This document shows positions 27,071 to 41,379 of a stretch of DNA of 64,000 nt, piece after piece; the stretch's first letter is position 1; each line of letters starts with the position of its first letter. The DNA is from the human T2T-CHM13v2.0 reference genome, Homo sapiens, in NCBI RefSeq assembly GCF_009914755.1, contig NC_060930.1. One strand, written 5' to 3'. Both the position numbers and the translations under genes were made by a program. A model generated the notes under the pieces. That model ran no database searches. It was given only the letters and a program-made list of their open reading frames with translations, and was not told the origin of the DNA.

Positions 27071-28445
27071 GCAGTTCTAGACATCTGAGTATAGAAGTGT
27101 TTGGAAAATTATGAAGGAACAACTATGGCTCCCACAAAAATTTGAGACAGAAAAGTGATGCTGGCATCTGATGGACCTGGCCAGGGATGGTTGATGTCTT
27201 GTTATGTACAGAGCAGTCCCAACCTGAAATGTACACACAGCTTTCAAATGTTCCCCTCGTGCATGGGAAAAAAACTATTTATTATTATCTGAGCCTAGAA
27301 GCCAATTCTGCTTTGCATTAAAATATAAAGTATTTAATCAAATGTTAATACAAAACTTTTCCTAGAAATATGAAGCTTCTTCTTGTGTTTGAGTTGCTAA
27401 TGAAATACACCCATATCTCTGCATTTTACATTATCATATTCATGGTGATATATAAGAATATAATTATTTAGACCATATTCCAAAATGCCAATATAGAAGA
27501 AGGTATTTACAGCATGAATTTGAATATTGTCTTCATTTAAATACAAACCTATGCACTGCAAGTAGGTGCAAGCCTCAGACTACTTCATAGTTTCTTCTAG
27601 TGTAGTTGCACCTATGTTGTCACATTTTGAAAAGCATGTTGCTGATCTATAACCAGAAATACCATTTGACTCAGCAATCTCATTACTGGGTATATACCCA
27701 AAGAAGTATAAATCATTCTACTATGAAGACACATGCACATGTATGTTTATTGCAGCACTATTTACGATAGCAAAGACTTGGAACCAACCCAAATGCCTAT
27801 CAGTGATATACTGGATAAAGAAAATGTGGCACATATACATCATGGAATCCTATGAAGCCATAAAAAAGAATGAGTTCGTGCCCTTTGCAGGGACATGGAT
27901 GAAGCTGGAAGCCATCATTCTCAGCAAACTAACACAGGAACAGAAAACATAATTCTCAGCAAACTGTGTTAGTTTGAACAGAACACAAAACAAAACAAAA
28001 CACAAAACAAACTCATAAGTGGGAATTGAACAATGAGAACACATGGAAGGGAACATCACGCACCACAGCCTGTTGCGGGGGTGGGGGACAAGGGGAGGGA
28101 GAACATTAGGACAAATACCAAATGCATACGAGGCTTAAAACCTAGATGACGGGTTGATAGGTGCAGCAAACCACCATGGTGCATGTATACCTATGTAACA
28201 AACCTGCACGTTCTGCACGTGTATCCCAGAACTCAAAGTAAAATTTAAAAAAACAAGAATGTTGCTTTATTTTAAATTACTTTTCTTTTATTTCTTCTTA
28301 TTATTATAGTTGGGAAATTTATTAAAGTTTTTTAAATGATCTGTGTACATGGAAAAACTATGAGTTTTATTTCAGATTTTAAAGAGGGCAGTACAAAATA
28401 TATGTAATTAAAAGAGGCACGACGTTTGCTGTGATTGAGAATTAA
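27071..28445. mobile_element. MER20B-like hAT element interrupted by L1PA
   Basis: 'attatctgagcctagaa' and 'taggtgcaagcctcagactacttcat', continuing after the L1 with 'aaattactttt...aaagagggcagtacaaaatat'. Confidence 0.6.
27645..28254 (+). mobile_element. L1PA (about PA7/8) 3' end
   Basis: ORF 27743 gives MFIAALFTIAKTWNQPKC; 3'UTR 'gggttgataggtgcagcaaaccaccatgg'; TSD aag(c/a)atgttgct. Confidence 0.95.
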
Positions 28446-31400
28446 AGGGTGAGTGATCTCTGTGGTCTTCTAGATCCTGTCCTGCTGATGTGAGAGAGTC
28501 CAGTGCACTGTCAGATGCTTTGTGTACTACATTTTTAAACAAATACAGCCATAGATTAGTAAATGATTCCTTGATGAACTGAAAGAGCAATGCCAAAAAA
28601 AGTCTATCTTTCACTAACAGAATTATATTTATCCTTAGGATATTTACCATTGGGATAAATGTAAACATGAAATCCTTGAGGATTTTTTAGTAAATTCCTC
28701 ACCCAAAATAAAAGACTGTTTCCTTTACTTTTCCGAAGTATGCCTCTGGTACCCCGTGCCTCCTACACAGTCACTTACTCATCTGATCATTTTAAAATGA
28801 TATTTGAAATGTCACAATACATATTTTCTTCCCTTCCCATTCCCACTCTGCTTCTTGCATGACAGCAGTCCTGGCAATGACATTTTTCACCAAGTCTTCA
28901 GTTCAACAAACATTGATTTAAGGCTTTACACTTTCAGCATGTCCTGGACTCTCCCCAACACCTGTGGGCAATACCCTGGCCTGCAGTGGGTACAGGCATA
29001 ACGCAAAGCCTCAACTGTCACAAGACTTCTGTTTTTTGCTGGCTGTAGGATGTTTGCAGGGGCTCCCTGGAGATGTTCTGCTAATAATGAGTTACAGGCT
29101 GCCTCATCTATCCAGTGCTTTGACTATCTGCCCAATCTTTGTAAGTTTCTAACCTCATGCTTCCTTCTTCCTCCTACTCGATGTCCTTCTGGGAGACATT
29201 GGATATGGGGATGAAACATTCTAATCCTAGGGCCTGCGGTCTTGTCAATGTGTACAACCCAGGGGTCTGTTGCTTTGTTTACCTTTCCTGCTTGTCTAGT
29301 GGGAGGTTTGGCAAAATGGGGAGGCTCCAGATTGTGAGTCTTGGAAAAATATCTGAGTGGTCTTGTTGTTTTTAAAATTCCAGTCATTCATAGCAGACGG
29401 CTGAAACTCACTTGAAAATGAAATTGTGTGCTTTGAATATAGCAATCTTTTCACTCTGAAAGGTCTTTCACATTCTATTATATTCTTTTAAAACTGATTG
29501 TGCATCAGTTAGTGAGTTCTTGCAATTTGAGGATAGTAACCAAAAGTGTAAGATATCCTTATGTTAAAGAAGCAAAAATGTTATTTCCAAAGCAAAATCT
29601 TGTTGACCCTAGGTTAAGCCATGCTTTGTTTTCGACAGACTAAACAAATTGAAAGAAGAACTTGGGGATAGAAATTTTAGGAATTCTATTTTCTAATAAT
29701 TAAAATTTCATTTCACCTGGGAATTTATGATTTATTAAAAAAAAAACCCTAACCAAGTCAGATGGTGTTTTAACATGGATGCAATATGAAGAAAACTGAA
29801 GCAAAGATGCTCCTCAATTAAGGATGAGTGTTGTGAAACCTGATTACTTGCCCTGCCTGGGTTAGAGAGGCTTGTAGATCCGGTTCCCAGGCAATAATAA
29901 TGTGGATAATTAGAGTTAGATTGACTCCTGACCCTTGATGTGGCCACATCTCTCTCCTGAGCACAGAGGCCTTCAAAGGGGCCTGTTCATGGAGGAGGTT
30001 TTTGGTGAGGAAGGGGATGGGACATCAGTTGAATAATTTCAGTCTCAGTGGAGTTGTTCATCACAGCTAAGCTTTGTGAGTGTTGGAATGCTGTGTGTGT
30101 TATATGCAGGGAGGATCTGAGCTTCAAAAGCTGTAAAACACAGTATGTGTTATCTTACATCACTTCTCAAATCTGTGCAAATTCAGATTTCTCTCTGACA
30201 AGGCCTTCCCATTAGAATGGGAAGTTCAAAAGTCCAATGCGGTTTGGATTCACTATTCAATAATAAACATCCCTTGTGAATGAAAAAGTCAAAAGCAATT
30301 GATAAATATGCTAGTCCTAAGCATTAGATACAAACCTCTGTCACTTATGAGATATCATTTATCCATCAACTATAATGTACCTTCTTCCTTCTACTCATTT
30401 CTTCTTATTCTGTTTGATAGACAATTATCATTACATCTTTATTAGCTGGAACCCCAGAATCTGCAATAAAAGTCTTATGAACTGAAATAGCAACACAATT
30501 TGTTATGCACTAGAATTTTCCTCTTTCAGAGAGACTTTGAATTAACACATAACTGAGGTGCTCCTTTGTCTAAACTTTATCCATGGCCATAAAACAGGAA
30601 ATGGAGAAAGGGCTAGAACCATGTTTTAGTTGAAAGCAAAAAAATGAAAAGTATTCTATAGTTCAAAAGACTTCTTGGGTAGATAGCCTATCACATCTAT
30701 GCTGGGCTGCAGCTATGGTTAAATAACTAGTTCTCACTGCTAATCTGCAGGGTTGCTTATTAATCACAGAAAGTGTAATCAGTTAACCTAACCAGGAAGT
30801 TGATGTTGGGTATCATTCTTCTGCTGTATTGCAATCATTCAGTATTTTCAACAGCTCTACACACACTCAGTTCATGATAGGGTCCTTTCTCATAAGATAA
30901 GCATTCTTGAAAGAGTAGCTTGGGAGAAAATAAAAAGCATTTGGAAAAACATATCCACTGACATGACTTTCTATTATGTTAAAGAGTTCTTTATTAAAAA
31001 ATTAAAAGCAAAGAAAAAGAACAGAAAAAGAAAGAAACAATAACAATGACAAAATCCTATCATGGTTGTGCTTCCAGCAGCAAAAGAAAACAAGTAAGCC
31101 ATTGATTTGGAGATCTGGGTTGGAAGACTAGGCAGGACATTGAACCATTCCTTGGTGGAATGGGAGGAATAGAAAAGGGTCTAGGTTGTTAAGGCCATTT
31201 AAAACTAGAAAATTCTATGACTTAAACATTTCACATTGACTTGAGCCCCTTCATCTTGGGCCAAGTTACTGATGGTGCTTGGGGCTGAGCCTGGTTGAAG
31301 AAGGGCCATGTTTTCTGGAGAGCAGTTGTCTAGTGAGCGGAGCCAGGGCCAGGCACTGGATAGTCAAAACAGCTGGACTTGAGCCTCATCTTTAGAAATA

Positions 31401-33163
31401 ACAAATATCATGAATCCTTGTGCTTTCTGTGTGTCCAATAACAAACCTTGATTCTGAGTTCTTTATTTTGTTGGTTTAACACCAAGTCTTACATTTTAAT
31501 ATAGAAGCAGTAAAAAGGACAGTAATACTGAGAAATCTTGGAGGTTTAAAATATGGATCTAGTGACAAGTTTGATGATTCCATTATTTTTGATATGCTAC
31601 CACTCTGATCATTCTTACCTTTAAATAACTTATCAAAAAAACACACTTTAGAATTATCAACCAGAAAACAAAAGGTTCTTTAAACTTATGTGCATTTATT
31701 GACTCTTTAAGGGAAAAGTGGTGATTACTGTCCTGTCTCCTATCCTTAGTTCTTTCTGATGTTCTTACGCTACTAGGTCAACCCGGCACCCTTCTAGGCA
31801 AAGCTGGAAAAATCAAGCACTTTCATAATTAGTCCTATTGGAAAAATAAACTTATAAAAATTAGATTTTACTCCAAATTGATTGTAAAATGGCTAGATTT
31901 CAGTGGAGTATTATACATCATGACTCCCTTAATTGTACTAAGGAATATTACATTCTGTGGAGTAAGAAATACTTTGAAACCAGAATGCGAGAAAGAAAGA
32001 GGCAGAAGATGTTTCATTCCCCCACATCAGAAAGGAAATGTTGGAAAGGAAATGATGATGGAAAGGAAAAATAGTAGTTATAAGCAAGGATCTTCCTAGC
32101 TGTGAGAAATGATTCGCTTGCTTGGGATGGTATGGAAGCCACAAGAGACCTAACACTCAAATCTCGCAAAACCTTTGCCTCATAAGAAACTTAGGGTCAG
32201 GAAATTTTCTTTGACTTTGAGCTACATTCAAAGGGTGGGTTTTCAGGTTATTGGGATGAAATCTGAAGGAGCATGACAATTCTTTATGGCTTAGGAACAC
32301 AAGTCTTCTCTCCCTTTGTTGTTTCTTTCTTCTTTTTTGTATTCCATCTGCATTACCTGAGCTTCCTTTCTCTCCAAAAATGCAGTACAGAGAGGGGAAA
32401 AGATAAAAAGCAAATTGACCAATTGCATATTTTTTAATGTTCAGAGGCTTTGAAACTACATTTTTTTCCCCAGAAATGTTTTCAAGGTCGGGGGCCAAAG
32501 GACCCTGAGTTAACTCAAAGATTTAGAGCATTCAACAAATTAAACTCCTTCCTTTGGCATGTATGTTAGAGTCTTTGAGTCCTTAATATAATTTAAAGCA
32601 ATTGTCCCTGTAGGGAGGTCTAACATTTTGCACAGTTACGTTGTAATAGTTGACCTGCGTGAGGAAACTAGAAGAATTTCAAGGGTACATTTCAAGACTC
32701 TGTTTCTGTTTATAATTGTGTTCCAGAGTTTATATTTATTAATATTGCTTTATTTTGGGCAGACTCCCACAGGAAATCCTGAGGAGTGTACGTTTCTGGC
32801 ATATTTTATCTCAGATAGTTCCATCCCTTTGGTCTCGCACCCTGACTGCTAGGCTGAAGTGTACCTTTGAAAGCCTCTGCTCTTTAATAGAGCTGAGGAT
32901 GACAACAAGCAGGAACTTCAACACTCTAGGAAGACAATCTATCTACTTTCTCCAGTTATCATTAAAATGTCTTTTAGACGTAGGTCATAACTGGAAACCT
33001 ATAAATGATGTCTGTGTAGTAAGCACTTCCCACAGAGCTGGAGTCCCAAGTGATTAAAATTTATCACATTGTTCTTATGGTTACAAATACTGCTGATATG
33101 TGTCATTACTTAGAAAGTACTATTCATAACATTTTGATTTCAGTCCAAATAGCTTTTTTTTCC

Positions 33164-33173
33164 GGAATTTCCC
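33164..33173 (-). promoter_or_regulatory. Canonical NF-kB motif GGGAAATTCC
   Basis: ggaatttccc on the + strand in TE-poor sequence; motif match only. Confidence 0.3.
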
Positions 33174-35059
33174 ATAAAATGCTCTTGATCTTTTTCTAAA
33201 AAGGTCTAATCTCCTTCTCCTTTGAAACAACAAAGAAAAGGGGTTGATTGTTCTTTAGTTTAAATTTTGTTTGGTGTGATATATTTATTGCCTGGTGGAG
33301 TGCATCTAATTTTCCATTAGCTTTTCTGAGAAAGTAATTAGGACAGAAGTTAATCCTTTGCCACATGCAAGCTCTAAGCTCTTTCATGAATTAAAAATTA
33401 TGGTGCATAGTGTGTAGCTCTATTAAAATGATATGCAACCACAAGACCTCATATTTGAGCAGTGCTTTTTTTTAGACCAAAAAAATGCACGCTTTGAATG
33501 TACAGATTTACTCTTCAATTAGACAACATAGGGTGCACTGAAATGCTCTAGAGTGGGCCCTACATATGATAAGAGTTTCCTAGAACATGGGATAAGAGGG
33601 CAGCCTCTATTTTAGTCTCCTGGAAAGGTGAAGATGTAAAGTTCTTTCAATATGATTGTCTAACCTTCATGCATTTTGCCATTCCCCTGGGAGTTTATAT
33701 TATAAGGAACAAGGTTAGTGCAGCATGTCTCCAGATATTCAGCTCTTGCTAGGTATTTTACCTGAAAAGCAGTGAATTGAACTGGCTTGTATTTATTGAA
33801 AAAATAAGACTCAAGGCAACATGCTGTCTGCTTTTCTACCTAAACACTGAATCCCTGAATGACAATTTGAGATGACCCTACCAGGACAAGTCTTGTTTCA
33901 GGTTTTTGTAATTGATTTCTAAATTCTGGGACTAAACATACAGTGTAATAATATTAAGATATCGAGAAAGGAAAGAAAGATACTAATGAAATTTAATACC
34001 AAGAGTTTCAGCAAAGGAATATATCAAAACTCATATCATTATTTTGACTCCTAACTATAAAAAGTTCAGTACATGCATTGCATTCTAACCATTTAACCAT
34101 CTAATTTAGCTAACTAGTACATACACTGTTGTACTATAATTGAACATTTTACAATACTTTACATGGGATGCTATTTAAAGATATCCCCAAAATTTTACCT
34201 TCATAGTTTTAGAAATAAATGACAAAGTAAAGGCAAACTTCTTCATGTGGAGTTCTGGAGTCGAGTGTTTTGGGGTTAAGTAGACAAATTTTCAGATCTA
34301 GGATTTTTTTATTTTCAAAACAAAATGTACTAGTTCTTTCCATTGCTGACATAGTTGGCTCCGTGTAACTTTTGGAACAAATTTCTTTTTGTAGAATTAT
34401 CTGGCAGTTTAGAGTCATTTTGTGGTGGGAAAAAAAAAGCCAGCTGGTGACTAGCAAAAATGAAATAGAGGGGGTGTTGATAGGAAGAAAAAAAGAATCA
34501 TAGCATTGATTGTATTAATCTTATTAAAACAAACTCCAAGGAACTGACTTTCTTATTTTCTCATATGGATATTTTATAGTACCAAATATTCCTCAAAACA
34601 AGTGAACAATTGGCTGGGGCTTGACAAGTATTTGTTATCTAGAGGTTTTTCATTGTATGTTAAAAGGCTGGAAAGAGGCAATAATACATAAGTGCAAGGA
34701 ACACAAAATTCTGATTGCAATGAAATTTTACAGCTAATGTATTCTAAGAACTGCTTTCATCAGGGTTTTCTGTGTATTTTTTGCAACCCATTTTGCCTTT
34801 TTATATGGAGTGTTACATTGAAAAGGCCTGTATGTGGGCAAGGTGACCCAATAAGCACAAATCAAGCTACATCTCCCAGATACCTACCCAGCAAAATAGA
34901 AAATTCCAGTCAATCAACCAGCTGCTTTGTCTATGTAATAACAAAGGGTAGATTGGTGAGGGTGTTTTTTGTTTTCTAATGTCATGAAATTTCCTGAAAT
35001 AATTGATTGGTCTAGAAGTTATGTACACCAAAATATATATATAACTATCCTAAACATCC

Positions 35060-35760
35060 TTAGAATCACAGAATAGCAGATTTGGAAGAGACCACAAAGT
35101 TCTAAATCTAGATGCAATGTGTAAATCACCTTTCTCCAGCCTCTCCAACAGGTGAGGAATGCTGATGTCCATATCCACAGAATGGCAGCCCATTCTATCT
35201 ACAAAGGATTGATTGCAAGTAAGTCCATTCTTATACGGAAACTTCTATATATTGGTCCTTGCAGAAATTCAACATCAGAGACAATAAACCTTTTCCTCTT
35301 TAACAATGAAGCTCTTCTTTTCTCCAGGTAAAACATCTTCTATTCCTGTAGTTTTCCTTCTTTTTTTTGTTTTTGACATGGTTTTATATCTTCTCATCAA
35401 GTACATTTTTTTGTTTTTAAAAGTATGCTTTTAAGGTATAGTATCTAGATATAAAGTCAGTATTTTTTTAAAAAAAAGTTTTGCCCACTATGGAATGTAG
35501 ATTTGGGGTTATAACTTTCTTAGTCTGGCAAGCTTGCTCTAAAATTGATTCTAAATCCTATTAGACTTATAGCAGCCCACCACTCTCTTGACTTATGTTG
35601 AACTCGCTATTATCTAAAAGCCGTAACCCATTGTTTTTCACTGTTTTTCAATGTGAACTATTTTTCCAGTTGCTTTTCTGAATCCAGGTAATGGGCTATG
35701 TGTTTATTGCTTATTCCTATTAAACTTTATCCTGTGAGATCCAGCCATTTGGGCACCGTG
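35060..35760 (-). mobile_element. CR1/L3 fragment
   Basis: 'tagaatcacagaat...ttggaagagacc', 'ggcagcccattc', 'tcttcttttctccagg'. Confidence 0.5.
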
Positions 35761-36257
35761 TCAAACTCATTTGGAGCCTAATATTACCATTATCAGATTC
35801 AATAAAACCCCAGCTCATTTGACAAGATGCCTGCCAAATCATTAAGAGAAGACAACCCATTCCAACATGTTACACTCTCCCTATCAAAGATTTGTTTTTC
35901 TAACCCCTAAATCGTTCTTGCTGAGGTTTAAATCCTTTCCCAGACAAAGCAAAATCTCAAATAAACCATGGTTTAAAATTTAACTTACTTGTTATGAACT
36001 CACATCCTTGATTACTAATAGCACTTCATTTTTAAGCAGAAATAACATGCCTACCAAAGTAAAAATAACTCAGGAAAACATAACAAATCAAAAGTCATTC
36101 ATTATGACCAGCATCTACTTTGGTTATTAATCTGTCTTTATATGAAAGTGTTAATAATGAAATTCAGATTGTGTTTACCACAGTTAGATTTTTGTCTTTC
36201 CTTAACCTCAACTAAAGCAAAGAAAGGCTTAAGCAAAGGACAATGAAATACCCTAAT

Positions 36258-36290
36258 AAATGAAAATGAAATGAAATGAAATGAATGAAA
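36258..36290. repeat. (GAAAT)n simple repeat
   Basis: aaatgaaaatgaaatgaaatgaaatgaatgaaa. Confidence 0.85.
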
Positions 36291-36864
36291 CTTCTCCAAG
36301 TCAATTAGAATTTTTATATCTAACGGTTTTCAAAATATATATGTTATACTATGTTTGGTTCCCATGGGATTTATTACCATTGTTCATTAGATACAATGAA
36401 ATAATAACAACAAAAGTAATGATTACCGTAACTTTCCTCAGAAGCAAACACACACTAAATATAAAGAGGTCTTTGCATTTAACTTTAAAATGTACAATCA
36501 TCAAAACACTTGAATGGCCACATGCGTAGGAGTGATAGGTCTCGCACATATTTATGAGCTGCCCTAAATCCTTTCTGGAGTAAGGAGAAAAGTAAACAAA
36601 AGACGCAGTCACATATTTAATGAGGAGGGAGAGAAAAATCTAAATTGGTATGCAGTCACTGCTCTCACAAGCCATTTTATTTTCTAAACGTTATATCGAA
36701 ATGTTTAGATGTCGCCTTTCAACCAATACCACAAATGTAGGAGACATGCTACATGAGCCAATGTTACAGATACCTGGGACATCATTAAGAAAAAACACAA
36801 AAATAAAATACCTTTTTAAACAATCTGTGACCCTCAAATTTTAAAAATTAAAAAAAATTAAATC

Positions 36865-36985
36865 TTTTTAGAGATGAAGTCTCATTTTGTTGCCCAGGCT
36901 GGTCTCAAACTCCAGACCTCAAGCTATCCTCCCATCTTGGCCTCCCAAAGTGCCGGATTACAGGTGTGAACCACCATGCCTGGCC
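36865..36985 (-). mobile_element. FLAM / Alu left monomer
   Basis: Single Alu arm 'gttgcccaggctggtctcaaactcc...ccaccatgcctggcc'. Confidence 0.9.
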
Positions 36986-37622
36986 AAATTTTTAAGTAAA
37001 TGTAACAGTGCTACCTGCCATCCTCCAGGTGATTCCCAATTGTCCCCAGGCTGTGCCATCTTCTGTGACTCTGGGAAGAATTCCATGCTCCTGAGTCAGA
37101 GTAAAATATCTTTGCTTTAGTTTAGAAAGGATTTGCACAGGGATAATGCAATTTCATCTGTCTTTTTTGCTCCACTTAAAAATTAAACAGGAAACACATA
37201 TATGCCATATAAATGTATCTGTTTTTTCTCTTGCTGGTTTTATTTAACTTTCTCCTCCCTCTAAAGCATTTCTTCCCTTTCTCATACATTTCTCTTATGG
37301 AGAAAAGAATAATCAGACATTAGGAATTAATTTGAAAGTTTGTTATAAGTAATTTTATTAAATGACTCCTTGAGCAAAAAAGTACTTTTCATTTGAGACA
37401 ATGCTTTATTCAAACTGTGTTTTTAACTGATAAGTGGCATATATGACCTACTAAGCCATAGGATAGACAGACATCTATTGTGTACAGTAAAGCTATTTTT
37501 AATCCTATTTACCACGTATAGCAAAGACCAGTTTCTCCAAGTGTAAGCCTCAACCTGACTCTCTCAGCATCCCTCCTGGTGCCCCCAGCCTTACACGCTA
37601 CACTCCAATGAAGCCCGAATGC

Positions 37623-37807
37623 CTAGCATGGCCAGATTTAACAAACTAAATCACAGAATGCTCAGTTAAATTTGAATTTCCAATAACCCACAAATAACGG
37701 GTTCGTACATGTTCCAGTTATTGCATAGGATATACTAAGCCATTATTTGTTGTTTAATGGGAAGTTCAACTTTAACTGTGTGTCCTGCACTTTATCTGAC
37801 AATACTG
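37623..37807. mobile_element. MER53 palindromic MITE
   Basis: 'gccagatt...cagttaaatttgaatttc' mirrored by 'gaagttcaactttaactg...tttatctgacaa'. Confidence 0.8.
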
Positions 37808-38149
37808 CAATCATATCCTCCATGCCACTGTTTCAAGCCATTCTGGGCAGGCTTTTCCCTCCATCTCAGGTGACCTACTGTGCCTTCTCTACAAGGAAGA
37901 CCCAGCTCAAATGGCTTTTTCTCCTCCTCCATAAAATCTTGGCTGACCTGCTCCACTCAGTCCAAGCAGAGCTGATCATTCCCCTCTTTGTGCCACAACA
38001 GTGCCTGGTACGTACTCCATTATGCCCCAAGTCACAAGCTGTATCTCACCCATTTGTGTGTGTCTGGATGTGAAGTCAGTGGGACACAGTGTGCTTCACT
38101 CAACCACATCCCCAATACCAGAAACTAGTAGATACCTCAGGAGAAATTT

Positions 38150-38370
38150 TGTATGGGAAAGGAGCAGAGGGTCAGAGCCAGACAAAGCTGGATTTGAACC
38201 CAGGATACTGTGCCAATACATTTACACTCTCAAGGCTTAAAGTTCCTTTTCTACACTTTGAAAAAAATAAATAAATAAGACATCCCTGGTGAAGTAACTG
38301 TTGAAAATTAAATTAAGTTGTTCATATGTAAGAAACTTGTCACTAAACATAAAACCACCAAAATAGTTAG
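38150..38370 (+). mobile_element. MIR
   Basis: 'cagagccagacaaagctggatttgaacccagg' followed by diverged core. Confidence 0.55.
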
Positions 38371-41300
38371 TTACTTTCGCATCCCATGCTCTTTCCTAAA
38401 CTAAAAAGTCGTTTCCGGGGTTATAATGTCTTTCCACTTAAAAAAACCTGCAGAGAACTTCAATTTTAGTTTTTCAATTAAGCTTTAAATTTTGTCTGAT
38501 TATGACCTAATATACTTAATAAGAAGGTAAGCTCAACTTTTAATAAGATATCTTATTTGTTCTTACTAATTTACCTGCCCAATTTTCTTCCTTTACAATT
38601 AAATGGTACTTCCAATTAGACCATATAAAAAGAGAAAAACTCTGCTCCCAAAAGCTTGCAAGAGAAGAGAGTTTCTAAAAATTACTCTTGTCTCATCTGT
38701 CTGACTCACATTTATCTAAAAATAAAAGAAAAGCTAGGAGAAAAAATAAACGAACAGAGGATAACATGCAGCCTCATGTCTCTGAGTCAGATAACAAGAT
38801 AATTTTTCTGCATGGTCTATATTTCACTTTTCTTTTCAAAATGACCTTTCTACCCCCTAACCCTATCACTAGAATATAAATCCATTAATGAGGAATCTTT
38901 TCTTCCCCTGTCCTTTTTCATATCAATTGCAGCAGGACATTAGACTGTTCTTTGAGTTCATTCACTTTATAGCTATTAGAAAGAAAATATAGCCTGGAGA
39001 CAGCCTGTCTCCAATTGGTTAAGCACAAGTTGAAAAAATAAATTCCTGAGTTTCTTTCATCTGCCACTGATTTTCCATGTGAAACCTAGAGAAGTGTCCA
39101 AACTTCATTTTTTAAATCTGTGAAATGGGTGAATCATTAAAAAAAAAAACAAAAAACACCTCTTTTAATGTCCATTTTTGGCAGAAAATAAAAAGGTCTT
39201 AAAATATTACTGTTTTATACTTAATGATTTTAAAATATGCTTGCTTCACTTTCACTCCCATAGAATTAAATGACATTGCTCATTAGGTGTTATGAAATAA
39301 TAAAAATAATCATATTAATAAAATGTAGTTGTTAGTGTAACTTTCTCCAGAAGTACTCACATTCTAATCTAACTTCCGAAACCAAAAGAATCACTGAGAA
39401 AACTATGTAGGAAACTTTAGAATAAATTGACAGGTATCTTAAAAGGTATATGTAGAGTGGTGCCAATCCATTCAACCATTTACTTATTCATTCATCAAGT
39501 GTTTAGCTCTGTGACAGACTTCTCCTGAGTTCCATTTCCTCAGTTTCCTGACAATCAGATTGGACTAGCAAATGTATAAACTATGTAACTCAGGGGTTTA
39601 TAGCTTAATGTTCCTAAATTAATCCTCTGATAATTTTATTAATACTAGTATTCACCGAGCTTTGCTGCCTTTCAAATAACATTTGCACTTTTATTGCAGC
39701 ATGGCCTTCTCCTGAAGACACAAGTACCTTACACTGGACATGTGCATGCCCGGTTGATGGTTAATGTATGTCAGGGATAGATCTTGAGTCCTCCAACAAG
39801 AGTAACAACAAAAGCATGACAACTGAGTTTTGAAGAAGACTTTTTTGCTTGAGTTAGAACCCCAAGAAGTCTTTCACAGGCCCCGGAAACTATGTCATGT
39901 CCCTCAGCTATCCTTGCTCAAAGCCTTCCTTTTAAAACAGGTCTCTCTTCCCCTATTAAACCGTCAGAGCTATGAGTGCAGGGATCAAGTCTGTCTTGTT
40001 CATCCCATATATTTATGCTTAGCACGGCACCTGGTCTATAAGAAGTGTGCAAAAATGGTGAATGAACTTTGACAAAGCTTTCTCAACACATTATCCCATT
40101 TGATCCACTCCTCCTACACCCTCTTCACAAGATCATTTTCAATGTCAAGACCCATAACTGCAGTATACCACATACTCAGCAATCAATGAACAGTCATTTC
40201 TCATCGTCTCCTTGCTGTGGGAGGGTGGGGAATGTGACATCACAGTCAATCAGATGTTACAGTGGGGCAAGAAAAAAAGATGAGCAGAAAGAAGGCAAAG
40301 TTTATATGGAAAATATTCAAATCGAAAAGTCAAGTTAGGAGAAAATTTTCCTAAGGGAGCAGCACTGGAGAATAAGCCAGCCCAAAACATTTCCAGAGTA
40401 CCAGTCATAGTGCCTTCTCTGCAAAGTAAACTACCAGGGGTTACCAAAAGCTTAAATAACCTCCTGATCTTTAAATTTTCTGATACTAAAGAAGTCTGTA
40501 AAGGAGGAGGCTAACCAAGTCACCCAGTTTCTAAAGAGCTCAAGTGCTGGCCTGGCTCTGAGGTCCAGCAACAATATCTATTGTCTGCCTACTATGTGCA
40601 GTGATGTAGTACATTTCTCCCTCTTCCAGATGGATATCACATTCATAAACCTACAGCAATGAAAAACTCAAAAGCTTCCCCAGAATGTCTACTCAAGGAC
40701 ACTTAGTAAGACATAATCCATACTAAGAAAAGCTGAATAATACTTTCAGATCCAAAGTGTAAGGATCCCATGGGTATCTTGTGTAATTACAATTAATAAT
40801 TGTATGCAGGTGCACACAACTCTTAGTGCTTTCCTAACTTTTCCAAAACGGCTTAAGAATTTGATCAGGGGAACCACATCCACTCATATACCCTGGAATG
40901 TCAACTTGTACTTTCCCTGTGAAGATCTTACCAGTACACAGACTCAGGGGACACACATGGAGTGGAGGGAGAGAAAGAACAAGAACAGCCAGTTCAACCC
41001 AGAGTATCAACAGTTGTCATAGCTGCATGTTCTTACATTTAGGTAATTTTTTTCCAATGTAGGAAGAGAGATCTTGAGATAGCAAAACCTTGCCATCAAA
41101 ATCTAAGCAGAACACTTGGAAGATCCAGCTCAGGCCAGCCTGTGGCATGAGGGAGCCTCTGAAGCCAACCTGGGCCACCCTGTCAGAAGTGCTGTCACTT
41201 TACATTGTTTGCAGGAACCACAAAAATGAGACCTCATCTTAACCCTAAAAGGGCGATCCTGATGAAATTCCAGAAGGCAATCTAGAAGAGATTAAATATA

Positions 41301-41379
41301 CTATGACTACACTGCTTGGATTGTTCTGTAATAAGCATGCATCATTTTTACAAAAACAGTAAAAACAATTCTAAAGATA

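Noticed and set aside
35313-35333. AG|GT recursive-splice-like site tcttcttttctccag|gtaaaa
   Set aside because: Lies in CR1/L3-like sequence that naturally has this pyrimidine tract, and the donor half is weak.
40788-40804. tacaatta-a-taattgta palindrome
   Set aside because: 8-bp AT-rich arms are expected by chance.
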